Below, piece after piece: positions 1-9,084 of a stretch of DNA of 64,000 nucleotides (position 1 is the stretch's first letter; each line of letters starts with the position of its first letter). The stretch comes from Polyangiaceae bacterium (GTDB lineage: Bacteria; Myxococcota_A; Polyangia; Polyangiales; Polyangiaceae): the NCBI GenBank assembly GCA_044376115.1, contig JBILLK010000034.1, positions 1 through 64,000 of the forward strand, in the 5' to 3' direction. The notes under the pieces were generated by a model. The model did no database searches and was not told where the DNA came from. It saw nothing but the letters and a program-made list of their open reading frames with translations. Made by a program: the position numbers and the translations under genes.

Positions 1-114
1 TGCCGGCTGCGCAGCCTTGGGCTGAAAGACGCCATCGTCTACGGCGAGGCCGGCTGGACGATCCCGACCAGCGTCCGGGTCGTGCGCGCGCGACGCTCGC
101 AGGGCGTTGCATAA
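1..114 (+). CDS. 3' end of a gene with a C-terminal winged-helix (OmpR/trans_reg_C-like) domain, or another copy of the remnant at 1722-1874; truncated by the window edge
   Basis: Reads CRLRSLGLKDAIVYGEAGWTIPTSVRVVRARRSQGVA* (TAA 112-114); resembles the C-terminus of the 29100..30323 protein (TRLRSLGLKEVIETVEGGYRL); identical to 1761-1874. Confidence 0.55.
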   Translation, partial: CRLRSLGLKDAIVYGEAGWTIPTSVRVVRARRSQGVA

Positions 115-126
115 GCAGCTGGCTGG

Positions 127-1614
127 TCAGGGCTTGGGCGCCGCTACGCGCAGCACCAACGGTACGCGTACCGCGACGTCCATTCTCTTGGGGCGAACGC
201 CGAACATCAACGTCTCGATAGGGATGCCGGGAAACCGAATCAGTTCGAAGATGCGCGTGATGCACGCGGCGACCTCGGCATCCGGCAGATGGTTCTCCGT
301 CGACACCGACCCGACCTGACCACGCTCGAGGATCGTGAAGTCCACAATGACTTCACCGGAACTCAGCTTGCCGGCGCGCAACGATGTCTCGTGACAGCTC
401 CGGATCCCGGGCAGATCGCGCGACACGACGCTCGTCACCTCGGATACGGTGCGCCCCTCACCGACGGTCACGGCGCCCAAGGTCACCTCGCTGCGTCGCT
501 CGCGCACCTCAGCTGCCTCCAGGTCGGCGCGCGCAAAGCACAGCCCGCCCTCGACCGGCGCGGCGACGCACACCTTGCCCGAGTTAGCGTCGGCTGCCGG
601 CGTTGAACTCCCAGCGGGCTCGTCTTTCAGCGTGATCCCCGACCCCACGTAGCGCCCGGCCAGCGTGCCGTCATGGAAGTAGACTGCCGCGCCCGAACGA
701 ACGCGCGGGCCTCGCGCGGGACCACTGCCAATCGTTCCCACCCCGCCTCCCGCCAAGGTAAGCGTTCCTACGCCAGACGGATCCTCCACGTGGCTCGGGC
801 GCCCGATGATGCGGAGCTGGAGCGCTGGTAGCGACATGCTGATGAGGAGCCGAGCGTCGTGACGATGAACCGTCGTACTCCACACGAGCGGCGCGATCGA
901 CGGCGCCACAGGCGCCCCGTTTAGCGTCGGAGGCAGCAGCTCTCCGGCCCAATCGCGAACACCACAAATGTTGTGATTTTGCGCGAATTCGCTCAAGGCC
1001 TCGAGCGCCTGCAGCGGCTTGCCGGCCACGCAGGCGACTTGACTCTCCCGCGGCAGCGCTGGGAGGCTTTTGCACTCGATCGTATCGAAACCCAACGCGA
1101 CCTTCGATTCAGGGAGTTGCATGGGCAGCTCGGAGAGCCCCTTTGCGGCTGCCACGAGCCGATCCTCCACGAGCCCAACTCGGAGCCCTGGGCAGGCGAC
1201 GTACCCCGAGCCGTCTGCAAAGACCTCAGCGACCTCCTTGGCGAGCACCGGGAGGAGCTGCTCGCGTGCAACGAAGACCTCGATCTCGAGGTTGCCACCT
1301 TGGACCGCGAGCTTGAGGGCGCTGCCTTGATCCTCCACGAGTTTGAAGCCGCGCCCGAACTCCATCCCTTCGGCCGCGAAGCGCTTTGGCCGCGGTGCCT
1401 CTTGCAGCGCCGCGGACGGGTACAGCGTCCCGCTGGGGTGCACAAACGCACCGACGGGTGGAACCGGCAGCCGGCTCCTTAGCGCGTCGAGCTCCACCGC
1501 TTCGGCCGTCCCGTCGGGGCTCGCGACAGTGCCTCCGTTGACCGCGTGGCTGGAAGCCGAACACCCCGCGAGCACGAGGGGCCAGAGTAGCATCCGCTTG
1601 AGCATCGAATTCAT
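127..1614 (-). CDS. Lipoprotein with C-terminal AgmX/PglI-type (TonB-C-like) domain, paralog 1
   Basis: Start reassigned to ATG 1614 (GGAG SD upstream; lipobox VLAGC); C-terminal IRSCHETSLRAGKLSSGEVIVDFTILERGQV...EVAACITRIFELIRFP; paralog of 1890..3347. Confidence 0.75.
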   Translation of the reverse strand: MNSMLKRMLLWPLVLAGCSASSHAVNGGTVASPDGTAEAVELDALRSRLPVPPVGAFVHPSGTLYPSAALQEAPRPKRFAAEGMEFGRGFKLVEDQGSALKLAVQGGNLEIEVFVAREQLLPVLAKEVAEVFADGSGYVACPGLRVGLVEDRLVAAAKGLSELPMQLPESKVALGFDTIECKSLPALPRESQVACVAGKPLQALEALSEFAQNHNICGVRDWAGELLPPTLNGAPVAPSIAPLVWSTTVHRHDARLLISMSLPALQLRIIGRPSHVEDPSGVGTLTLAGGGVGTIGSGPARGPRVRSGAAVYFHDGTLAGRYVGSGITLKDEPAGSSTPAADANSGKVCVAAPVEGGLCFARADLEAAEVRERRSEVTLGAVTVGEGRTVSEVTSVVSRDLPGIRSCHETSLRAGKLSSGEVIVDFTILERGQVGSVSTENHLPDAEVAACITRIFELIRFPGIPIETLMFGVRPKRMDVAVRVPLVLRVAAPKP

Positions 1615-1622
1615 GGCTCCCC

Positions 1623-1668
1623 GTACGCTCGCCCGAGCCGGACAACCCCTTACAAGTGCCTTACATCC
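1623..1668 (-). promoter_or_regulatory. Conserved upstream element of paralog 1: TGTAAGG-N4-TGTAAGG direct repeat followed by TTGTCCGGC...CGTAC
   Basis: ccttaca at 1648-1654 and 1659-1665 (11-bp period); the same element with the same spacing lies upstream of paralog 2. Confidence 0.55.
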
Positions 1669-1721
1669 AGCGCAAGGAGACCGCGCTGCAGCACGGCCGC
1701 GCTGCTCTCTTGCTATGCGTC

Positions 1722-1874
1722 GCCGCGTCGAGTGCGACGAACCGCGTTTACGTGACCATGTGCCGGCTGCGCAGCCTTGGGCTGAAAGACGCCATCGTCT
1801 ACGGCGAGGCCGGCTGGACGATCCCGACCAGCGTCCGGGTCGTGCGCGCGCGACGCTCGCAGGGCGTTGCATAA
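1722..1874 (+). pseudogene. Duplicated 3' fragment of a wHTH regulator gene
   Basis: AASSATNRVYVTMCRLRSLGLKDAIVYGEAGW...*; no credible 5' part; 1761-1887 is identical to 1-127. Confidence 0.6.
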
Positions 1875-1889
1875 GCAGCTGGCTGGTGG

Positions 1890-3347
1890 TCAGGGCTTGG
1901 GCGCCGCTACGCGCAGCACCAACGGTAGGCGTACCGCGACGTCCATTCTCTTGGGGCGAACGCCGAACATCAACGTCTCGATAGGGATTGCGGGAAACCG
2001 CTTGTTCTCGAAGATGCGCGCGATACACGCGGCGACCTCGGCATCCGGCAGATGGTTCTCCGTCGAGACAGACGCGACCTGACCATGCTCGAGGATCGTG
2101 AAGTCCACGATCACTTCACCGGAACTCAGCTTGCCTGCGCGCAACGACGTCTCGTGACAGCTCCGGATCCCGGGCAGAGAGCGGGACACGACGCTCGTCA
2201 CCTCGGAGACCGTGCGACCCTCGCCGACGGTCACGTTGCCCAAGGTCACCTCGCTGCGTCGCTCGCGCACCTCAGCTGCCTCGAGGTCGGCGCGCGCAAA
2301 GCACAGCCCGCCCTCGACCGGCGCGGCGACGCACACCTTGCTCGAGTTAGCGTCGGCTGCCGGCGTTGAAGTCCCAGCGGGCTCGTCTTCCAGCGTGAGC
2401 TCCGACCCCACGTAACGCCCGGCCAGCGTGCCGTCATGGAAGTAGACCGCCGTGCCCGAACGAACGCGTGGGCCTCGCGCGGGACCACGGCCAAGCCTTC
2501 CCATGCCAGGCGGCTCCTCCACGTGGCTCGGGCGCCCGACGACGCGGAGCTGGAGCCGCGCACGATCTGCACCCTGCGACTCGGGTACCAACAGGCTGAT
2601 GAGGAGCCGATCCTCGTGACGATGAACCGTCGTGCCCCGCACGAGCGGGACGATCGACGGCTCCACAGGCGCCCCGTTCAGCGTCGGGGGCGGCAGCTCC
2701 CCGGCCCAATCACGAACACCACAGTTTTGATACTGATCCCTTCGGAGCGGCTGCAGCGGCTCGCCGGCCACACAGCCGAGTAGGCTCTCCTGCGGCAGCG
2801 TCGGGAGACTGGAGCACTCGAGCGTATCGAACCCCAACGCAACCTTCGACTCAGGGAATTGCACGGGCAGATCGGAGAGCCCCTTCGCGGCTGCCACGAG
2901 GCGACCCTCCACGAGCCCAACCCGGAGCCCTGGGCAGGCGACGTAGCCAGAGCCATCCGCAAAGACCTGAGCGACCTCTTCGGCGAGCACCGGGAGGAGC
3001 TGCTCGCGTGCAACGAAGACCTCGATCTCGAAGTCACCTTGGACCGCGAGCTTGAGCGCGCTGCCTTGATCCTCCACGAACTTGAGCCCCCCACCGAAGC
3101 CGATCTTTGCGAAGCGCCTTGGCTGCGGCGCCTCCTGCAGCGCCGCGGACGGGTACAGCTTCCCTCTGAGGCGCACGAACGCACCGACGGGTGGAACCGG
3201 CAGCCGGCTCCTTAGCGCGTCGAGCTCCACCGCTGCGGCGGCACCGTCGGGAGCTGCGCCAGCCCCACCGCTAACCGCCGGGTTCGAGGCTGAACACCCC
3301 ACGACGACGAGGGGCCACAACATCATCCGCTTGAGCATCGACTTCAT
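1890..3347 (-). CDS. Lipoprotein with C-terminal AgmX/PglI-type (TonB-C-like) domain, paralog 2
   Basis: 485 aa ORF; lipobox VVVGC; C-terminal domain nearly identical to paralog 1. Confidence 0.75.
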   Translation of the reverse strand: MKSMLKRMMLWPLVVVGCSASNPAVSGGAGAAPDGAAAAVELDALRSRLPVPPVGAFVRLRGKLYPSAALQEAPQPRRFAKIGFGGGLKFVEDQGSALKLAVQGDFEIEVFVAREQLLPVLAEEVAQVFADGSGYVACPGLRVGLVEGRLVAAAKGLSDLPVQFPESKVALGFDTLECSSLPTLPQESLLGCVAGEPLQPLRRDQYQNCGVRDWAGELPPPTLNGAPVEPSIVPLVRGTTVHRHEDRLLISLLVPESQGADRARLQLRVVGRPSHVEEPPGMGRLGRGPARGPRVRSGTAVYFHDGTLAGRYVGSELTLEDEPAGTSTPAADANSSKVCVAAPVEGGLCFARADLEAAEVRERRSEVTLGNVTVGEGRTVSEVTSVVSRSLPGIRSCHETSLRAGKLSSGEVIVDFTILEHGQVASVSTENHLPDAEVAACIARIFENKRFPAIPIETLMFGVRPKRMDVAVRLPLVLRVAAPKP

Positions 3348-3356
3348 GGTTCTTCG

Positions 3357-3402
3357 GTACGCCGGCGCGCGCCGGACAACCCCTTACAAGCACCTTACAT
3401 CC
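3357..3402 (-). promoter_or_regulatory. Conserved upstream element of paralog 2 (TGTAAGG-N4-TGTAAGG...TTGTCCGGC...CGTAC)
   Basis: ccttaca at 3382-3388 and 3393-3399. Confidence 0.55.
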
Positions 3403-3582
3403 CCGAGTAGAGCAACGCTGGAAACGAGCACGGCTGCGAAGGACAGGTCCACACGCGTAGTCGCGCGTACCGAGGATGGGCGGGCATGGCTTTTCGTGCG
3501 GCCCAATGCGTCGACGCCGCCGAGGCCTTCGCCGGCTTCCGCCGTGGCGCCGAAGAGGCGGGCCGATGTAGCCTTAAGCGGC

Positions 3583-4326
3583 ATGCGAGCCTTCAGATCT
3601 ATCGTCGTCTTCTCTGCGCTCGGTGCGTTCGTCGGTGGCTGCGACTCGAACGCCGAGAAGTTCAAGAAGGGCATCACGCCCATCGTGGAAAAGCATCGTG
3701 AGCCGCTGAAGAAGCAGCTCGACGGCCTTCACGCCGCGCAGAAGGCGGCGGCTGCGGCGCCGCCCATCAAGCCGATCGAGGGCGCTTCAGGGGGCGACTT
3801 CTTCCTGATCGACGAGGACATGAAGCTCGACCAGCCGGGTAGCGCGCACCCTTCGCGCCCGCCTGGCTGCCACCCGTTCTACTTCGGTGGAAACGTGTTT
3901 GCAGTTGCAGGCGGCTGGATCCCGGAGTCCACCACGGACCTGGTCGAGCCGAAACCGGAGCACTTCTCGGCGCGAGAGGAAGAGTACAAAAAGTTCGAGG
4001 CCGTTCGCTATGCGCTGGTGTGCAAGCAGCTCGAGGCCAAGCAGCCCAAGGAAGAGGCCGGCGGAACGTTCTCGGGTGCGACCTACAAGGGCCAATGCCG
4101 CGCTTTCGAGATCGACGGCGCGAAGTACGTCGGAGGTTTCGAACTCAACGTCTCGATCGGCTCGGCGTCGGTGCGCGGCCCAAGCTCGGTCGCGAACGCG
4201 GCTTCGAGCTCGCTCGGTAAGGAGGTCACGGCACAGATTAGCCGCGAGGCGGAGAAGCTGGGCAAGCCTGTTGCTGCCTCGATGAGCTGCGGCTGGCCAT
4301 CTGACCGCTCGGCAAACCCACCGTAA
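3583..4326 (+). CDS. Hypothetical lipoprotein
   Basis: ATG 3583 preceded by TAGCCT; signal peptide MRAFRSIVVFSALGAFVGGC; strong GC3 codon bias. Confidence 0.75.
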   Translation: MRAFRSIVVFSALGAFVGGCDSNAEKFKKGITPIVEKHREPLKKQLDGLHAAQKAAAAAPPIKPIEGASGGDFFLIDEDMKLDQPGSAHPSRPPGCHPFYFGGNVFAVAGGWIPESTTDLVEPKPEHFSAREEEYKKFEAVRYALVCKQLEAKQPKEEAGGTFSGATYKGQCRAFEIDGAKYVGGFELNVSIGSASVRGPSSVANAASSSLGKEVTAQISREAEKLGKPVAASMSCGWPSDRSANPP

Positions 4327-4383
4327 AGGCAACCCGGTTCACACGGCGGAGCCATACCGGAGATCTCGTGTACGTTGAGCGCG

Positions 4384-5436
4384 GTGTTCGGGCGTTGGAT
4401 CGGCGGGTCTCGTGGCTGGCTCCTCGCGGGCTGGGCGGTCTCGCTGCTCGCGGCGGGTTGTGGATCGCGGCGTGGGGAGTGGGAGGCCGCGCGGATGGAT
4501 TCGCTGGAGGGCGTCACCACGTCGGGCGGCGGGCTCGAGGGCGCGCCCCCCATCCAGCCAAGCGCGGCGCCGAGCGTGGCGTCGAGTGAGCTCGGTCCGC
4601 TGATCGAGCCGGGGCCGCGGGCCGTCGTGTGTGGGGCTTGTCGCGCGCCGGCGACGCTGGGGCGCGTGGAATCGACGGCGCTCGTCGAGATCTCGGGACT
4701 GGTCGCGAGCGCGCGGCACCCCGGGGTGTTCTACGCGCACAACGACTCGGGAGAGCGCGCGCGGCTCTTCGCGGTGGGCGCTCGGGGGGAGGACCTCGGG
4801 GTGTACCTCGTCTCGCACGCGAGCGCGGTCGACTGGGAGGACGCGGCGCGGGGGCCGTGTGGCGAGGGTGCGCCGGGGAGCTGCGTGTTCCTCGCGGACA
4901 TCGGCGACAACCAGGAGGCGCGGGACGACCTCGCGGTGTACCGCGTCCGCGAGCCGAAGCTAGGCGGCGGCATGCTCCCGGCCGACGCGCTCCCGTTCGT
5001 GTACCCGGACGGGCGCCACGACGCCGAGACGTTGCTCGCGCACCCGAAGACCGGGGTCTTGACGGTGGTGACGAAGGCGCTCCGGGGGAGGGCGGGCGTC
5101 TACGAGTTCCCGACACCGCTCACGCCCGGTCGCGTCGTCACGTTGATCCATCGAGGCGACGTGCGGGTGCCTTGGCTCTTGCCGCTCGTCACGGGAGGCG
5201 ACGTGGACCCGTCGAGCGGGAGCGTCCTCCTGCGGAGCTACGTCGGTCTCGCCCTCTGGCCCGCGGCATCGCTCGATGCTTCGGTCGCCGAGACGTTGCT
5301 CGCGGCCCAGCCGTGCGACATGCCGGTCGCGAGCGAGGCGCAAGGCGAGGCGGTCGCGTTCGTCGCCGACGGGTCGGGCTACGTGACCGTCTCGGAAGGG
5401 CGGCACGAGGATCTGCACGGCGTGAGCTGTCGCTGA
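4384..5436 (+). CDS. Lipoprotein, beta-propeller of the SdiA-regulated/esterase-like phytase type
   Basis: Lipobox LAAGC; motifs EISGLVAS, HNDSG, DWED, ADIGDN, HDAETL, EAQGEAVAF; GTG 4384 follows TACGTT. Confidence 0.65.
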   Translation: MFGRWIGGSRGWLLAGWAVSLLAAGCGSRRGEWEAARMDSLEGVTTSGGGLEGAPPIQPSAAPSVASSELGPLIEPGPRAVVCGACRAPATLGRVESTALVEISGLVASARHPGVFYAHNDSGERARLFAVGARGEDLGVYLVSHASAVDWEDAARGPCGEGAPGSCVFLADIGDNQEARDDLAVYRVREPKLGGGMLPADALPFVYPDGRHDAETLLAHPKTGVLTVVTKALRGRAGVYEFPTPLTPGRVVTLIHRGDVRVPWLLPLVTGGDVDPSSGSVLLRSYVGLALWPAASLDASVAETLLAAQPCDMPVASEAQGEAVAFVADGSGYVTVSEGRHEDLHGVSCR

Positions 5437-5498
5437 GGCGAGACGAGCTGCCGCCGAACGCGCAGCCTAAGGTCGAGTACGGGTGCTAGCCTCCAGCG

Positions 5499-6422
5499 AT
5501 GTTCACTGAACCGCGCCGAGCCCTGCTCGTGGGCATGCTCGGAGTCAGCGCGTGCAGTGAAGTGCGCGTGGTCCCCTCGGAGAGAGGCGACGATACCTCG
5601 ACCGTCGGCGGGACGAACGCGACGACCGCCGCCAGCGGAGCGGGTGGGGCTGTTGCAGCCGGTGGCCACGCTGGCGGCGCTGGGGGCGGTGGGCAAGGCG
5701 GTGGCGCTGGGGGCGGGGGAGCACCACTTGGGCAAGTGCCGGGTGTCGTTGCCGTCGGCTATGGCAACCTTCGCCTCGTCTCGCGCGACGACGGGGTGAC
5801 TTGGAGCAGTCGCGTGGTCGAGGGCGACCCGGACGATCTGTTTAACCTGCTCTGGTCGGTCGCTTGGGGCAGCGGGCGCTGGGTCGTTGTCGGCACGCGG
5901 CTCTTGATCTCCGAAGACGGCGTCACTTGGAGCGACGAAACGCCGTCGATGCCCTGCGCCATTTCGGAGGGCGTGGCCTTCTTTCAGGGGCAATTCTGGA
6001 TGGGTTGCTCGACGAGCCCGGGCGCCGTGCTGTATCGCTCCGACGATGGCCTCGAATGGAGCGATCCGGTCGAATTAGACGGTAACTTCGAGACACATGT
6101 CTTTCTCTTTTCCAACGGTGGCAAGCTCGTTGCCCACGACGGCATCGGCAGCGCTGTCCAGTCGAGCGACGGCCTCAACTGGTCGCCCCTCGACCTGGAT
6201 TGGCCGGCGTTCTGCGACGGCGACTGGCAAGAGGCGGAGACGTGTGGCCCAAACACGACCGGTTCGAGCTGGCACGAAGGGACCTGGCTAGCCGCCTCAT
6301 GGCCGGGGACCATCCGGCGCTCGATCGACGGCGAGAGGTACTTCGACAGCTACGTCGACCCGGAAGGCTATTCGGTGTTCGATAGCCGAGGGTTCGTCCG
6401 CGGCTGGGTGGCCCCCGAGTAG
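5499..6422 (+). CDS. Lipoprotein with Gly-rich linker and BNR/Asp-box (SxDGxxW) repeats
   Basis: Lipobox VSAC; SRDDGVTW, SEDGVTW, SDDGLEW, SSDGLNW. Confidence 0.75.
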   Translation: MFTEPRRALLVGMLGVSACSEVRVVPSERGDDTSTVGGTNATTAASGAGGAVAAGGHAGGAGGGGQGGGAGGGGAPLGQVPGVVAVGYGNLRLVSRDDGVTWSSRVVEGDPDDLFNLLWSVAWGSGRWVVVGTRLLISEDGVTWSDETPSMPCAISEGVAFFQGQFWMGCSTSPGAVLYRSDDGLEWSDPVELDGNFETHVFLFSNGGKLVAHDGIGSAVQSSDGLNWSPLDLDWPAFCDGDWQEAETCGPNTTGSSWHEGTWLAASWPGTIRRSIDGERYFDSYVDPEGYSVFDSRGFVRGWVAPE

Positions 6423-6580
6423 CACGCGCTGGGTGCGTCGACGCCCTGCTACGCGCTGAGCCTGAAGCCGAGCGGCAAGACACCTTTGGGGGGGTCAGGA
6501 CTTGCCGAGCAGCAGGTCGTTCGGCACAAGCCGGCACCTATCCCGGAGCTTTGTAACGGCTTAACATCCACGAAGCCGCA

Positions 6581-7111
6581 ATGCCGACCCGAGCGCTAAC
6601 ACCCGCCGCGAGACACCGGGCGCCTTTCCTCTTGCTCGCCCTTGCGACTGCAGGCTGTCCACTGCTTGTCTCGGACCCGCCAACGCGGGCGAGCGAGGAG
6701 TCCGACAGCTCGGAGGTTCGGTATCACTGCGAGACGCAGGGCTACTCCTGCTACTGCGAAGTCGCCTCGGATGGCGAGCGGAGCTCCCCGGGTTGCACCC
6801 GAGACCTCCCCCATGTTGCAGAACGCTGCTGCGCAACGTGGGATTGGCCATCGGCAGGCTCGTGCGGATGCGATGTGGCCGCCTGCAAGGACGGGGGCAG
6901 CAGCGCTTATTGTTCGTGCCGGATCAACGAGACCGAGGGCGACGCCTCTTGCTCCGACATCGACGCGTCGTGTATCAGCCCAGCGAGCTGCTACGGCGCA
7001 TCGTCGTCAACTGCTTGCAAAGACGGCTTTGAGTGGGTGAATTTTTCGTGTTCCGCCGCCGACCTGTTCTGCGAGGACGATGAAAAGCAAGTGCCGAGTT
7101 GCAGTGGCTGA
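6581..7111 (+). CDS. Cysteine-rich lipoprotein
   Basis: Lipobox ATAGC; many Cys in 176 aa; ends KQVPSCSG*. Confidence 0.7.
   Translation: MPTRALTPAARHRAPFLLLALATAGCPLLVSDPPTRASEESDSSEVRYHCETQGYSCYCEVASDGERSSPGCTRDLPHVAERCCATWDWPSAGSCGCDVAACKDGGSSAYCSCRINETEGDASCSDIDASCISPASCYGASSSTACKDGFEWVNFSCSAADLFCEDDEKQVPSCSG
7086..7109 (+). repeat. 24-bp direct repeat, copy 1 (AGCAAGTGCCGAGTTGCAGTGGCT)
   Basis: Exact match to 10217-10240; lies at the 3' end of the Cys-rich lipoprotein gene. Confidence 0.9.
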
Positions 7112-7126
7112 CGGGGCAAGCTGAGC

Positions 7127-7888
7127 TCAGCGACCAGCCAGCTTCTTCACGCTCTTTGCAACGCTCTTGACGACGGTCTTCGGCGCGACCCGAGGTGATG
7201 GCTTGGGCTTGCGAGCGGCCGGCGATTTCTCTTGGTTCTTTGAGAGCAGCACCTTCACCTGGTGAATCCCTTCTGGGTTCGCCAGCTCGCGTTTGACCAG
7301 GAACTGCAGCACCTCTTGGGCCTCGGCAGGCCACCGCGGCGACGCGTCCTCGACCGCCTTCAGGAACTCAGCGGCGAACGGCGCGCGCGCCCCGCGTAAG
7401 AGGAACTTGGCCGCGTGCTCGAGGTGATGATGACTGAAGGTCGCGGCCGACGTCTTACGTGCGAGCGCGATCGAGCTGAGCTCGAGATGGTGCTCGAGCA
7501 TCTTCAACTCCTCCGCCGTCGAGCGGAGCGGCAATGCTCCCTTCTTCCCTGGGTGGATGATCACGCGAAAGCCGCCTCGCGAGAGCGCCTCGCTTGCCGT
7601 CTCCAGCGAAATACCGGGGTGGAAGTACATCGGGTCCTCATCGGTGGCGTCACGTTCGGCCATCTCGAGGTCGCTGTAGAGGTCCTCCTTCAAGCGCCAG
7701 TGCTCGAGATACTCGGCCATGGCGTCGAAAACGGTGGTGGTGTCGTCGTCCGAGACGGGCCCCTCGGGGATGGCCTTGAGGTGCTTCCTGTACTTGGTGT
7801 GGGCCTTGCGAAGGACGTAGCAGGGCGTCTCTCGAAAGGCCGGTGGCGCCTTCTTTCCGAGCGCAAACAGAATCACCGCAGGAGTCAT
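7127..7888 (-). CDS. Hypothetical protein with Lys/Ala/Pro-rich basic C-terminal tail
   Basis: 253 aa ORF with coding-like codon bias; TAGCCT 6 nt upstream of ATG; tail KSPAARKPKPSPRVAPKTVVKSVAKSVKK. Confidence 0.65.
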   Translation of the reverse strand: MTPAVILFALGKKAPPAFRETPCYVLRKAHTKYRKHLKAIPEGPVSDDDTTTVFDAMAEYLEHWRLKEDLYSDLEMAERDATDEDPMYFHPGISLETASEALSRGGFRVIIHPGKKGALPLRSTAEELKMLEHHLELSSIALARKTSAATFSHHHLEHAAKFLLRGARAPFAAEFLKAVEDASPRWPAEAQEVLQFLVKRELANPEGIHQVKVLLSKNQEKSPAARKPKPSPRVAPKTVVKSVAKSVKKLAGR

Positions 7889-8107
7889 GCGCGGAGGCTA
7901 GTCCATGCCAACCCGTTCTCGCAACGGTGACGCGGGCGCGAGCTGTCGTGCAACCGTCGGCTTGTTGTAGGCTGCGCGCCGTTCGTCGCCGTGGAGCCCT
8001 ACGACTCGCAGATCGCTCCCGCGGGCGAGCAGCGGTTCTGGGTGCCCGAGGCAGCGCTCAATCCGCCGTGAACGTGCCGCGCCTGCCACGCGCACAGCTG
8101 GCCGGCA

Positions 8108-8947
8108 TCATCCGTAGCGCTGCGTGGTTCGAAACGCGCGAGGGGTCGTGCGGGTCTCGCGCCGGAAGAACTTCACGAAGTTGGTGGGCTCGCTGAACCC
8201 GAGCTCGTCGCCAATCAGCGCGACCGGCGTCGTCGAGTGCGCGAGTCGCCGCTTGGCTTCGAGAACGAGCCGCGCCGTGAGCAACTCCTTCGCGCTCATG
8301 CCGACCACCTCCCGCGTCGCCCGGCTGAGGCTCTTCTCCGAGCAGCCGAGCGCGCGCGCGTAGCGCTGCACGCTGTGCCAACGATGATGCTCGCGCTCGA
8401 CGAGGGCCCGGTAGAGCTGAAACCGCTCGACCAACGCGCGCTCCATGGGCTCCGACGACGATGAGACCCCGGCGCGCGCGATACGCAACAGCAGGGTCTG
8501 CACCTGGCTGTTGAGCAGCGCGTTGAGAGCAGGAGACGGTCTGCCCACGGCGTCGATGGCCATGCGTTCGAGGCACTCGGTGAACGCGCGCCGCTCGAGC
8601 CGGGGCAGCGGCGTGTGGGCCGGCAGTTCGGCGCGACCGAGGCTCGGCGGCAGCAACTCCGAGCGAAAGATCAGAAACCAGCCGTGGAAGCGATCGAGGT
8701 CTCCGAAGCGATGCACGCGGCCCGGTTGCACCATCACCACCGAGCCCGCGGCACACTGCAGGGTGTCGAAATCGACCATGTGCGTGTAACCGCTCCGCGT
8801 CAGATAGAGGAGCACGTGGAAGTCGAGGCGCTCGACTTGCGTCGGCTTTTTCGCCGATCGATGCCGAAGTTCAGGTCCCGGATAGAGCTCGACGTCGAGG
8901 GTGTAGCCCGCCGGCGGCTCGAAGTGCACCACGGGTACCTTCGACAC
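8108..8947 (-). CDS. AraC family transcriptional regulator (cupin + HTH)
   Basis: HMVDF...PGRVHRF N-terminal domain; SVQRYARALGCSEKSLSR, LGFSEPTNFVKFFRRETRTTP; probable GTG start at 8947. Confidence 0.9.
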   Translation of the reverse strand: MSKVPVVHFEPPAGYTLDVELYPGPELRHRSAKKPTQVERLDFHVLLYLTRSGYTHMVDFDTLQCAAGSVVMVQPGRVHRFGDLDRFHGWFLIFRSELLPPSLGRAELPAHTPLPRLERRAFTECLERMAIDAVGRPSPALNALLNSQVQTLLLRIARAGVSSSSEPMERALVERFQLYRALVEREHHRWHSVQRYARALGCSEKSLSRATREVVGMSAKELLTARLVLEAKRRLAHSTTPVALIGDELGFSEPTNFVKFFRRETRTTPRAFRTTQRYG

Positions 8948-9084
8948 GGTGTCCCATTTATACCATTTATTCGCAGGGAACGACCTCGCGCGATTTGCGT
9001 TCGATCGGCATCCTGGGTTCAGCGGTCGCCGAGAGCGGCGGGAGGGGCCCGCCATCACGCGGCACGCGACCAAGGGGATTCACC

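Larger units (their letters stand above)
1..3402. repeat. Tandem duplication, period ~1760 bp (wHTH 3' fragment + lipoprotein gene + promoter)
   Basis: 1-127 = 1761-1887; the two lipoprotein genes and their upstream motifs are colinear and highly similar. Confidence 0.9.

Noticed and set aside
1615..2028. N-terminal extension of the 633-aa ORF (127..2028)
   Set aside because: Overlaps paralog 2 out of frame; the SD, lipobox and paralog alignment place the start at 1614
127..3347. Diversity-generating retroelement (TR/VR pair) explanation for the paralogs
   Set aside because: Differences are not adenine-specific, include indels, span the whole gene, and no reverse transcriptase is present
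6473..6526. Structured RNA in the 6423-6580 intergenic region (CGGCAAG...CTTGCCG, G7 run)
   Set aside because: Short GC-rich stems are expected by chance at this composition; no recognisable RNA family
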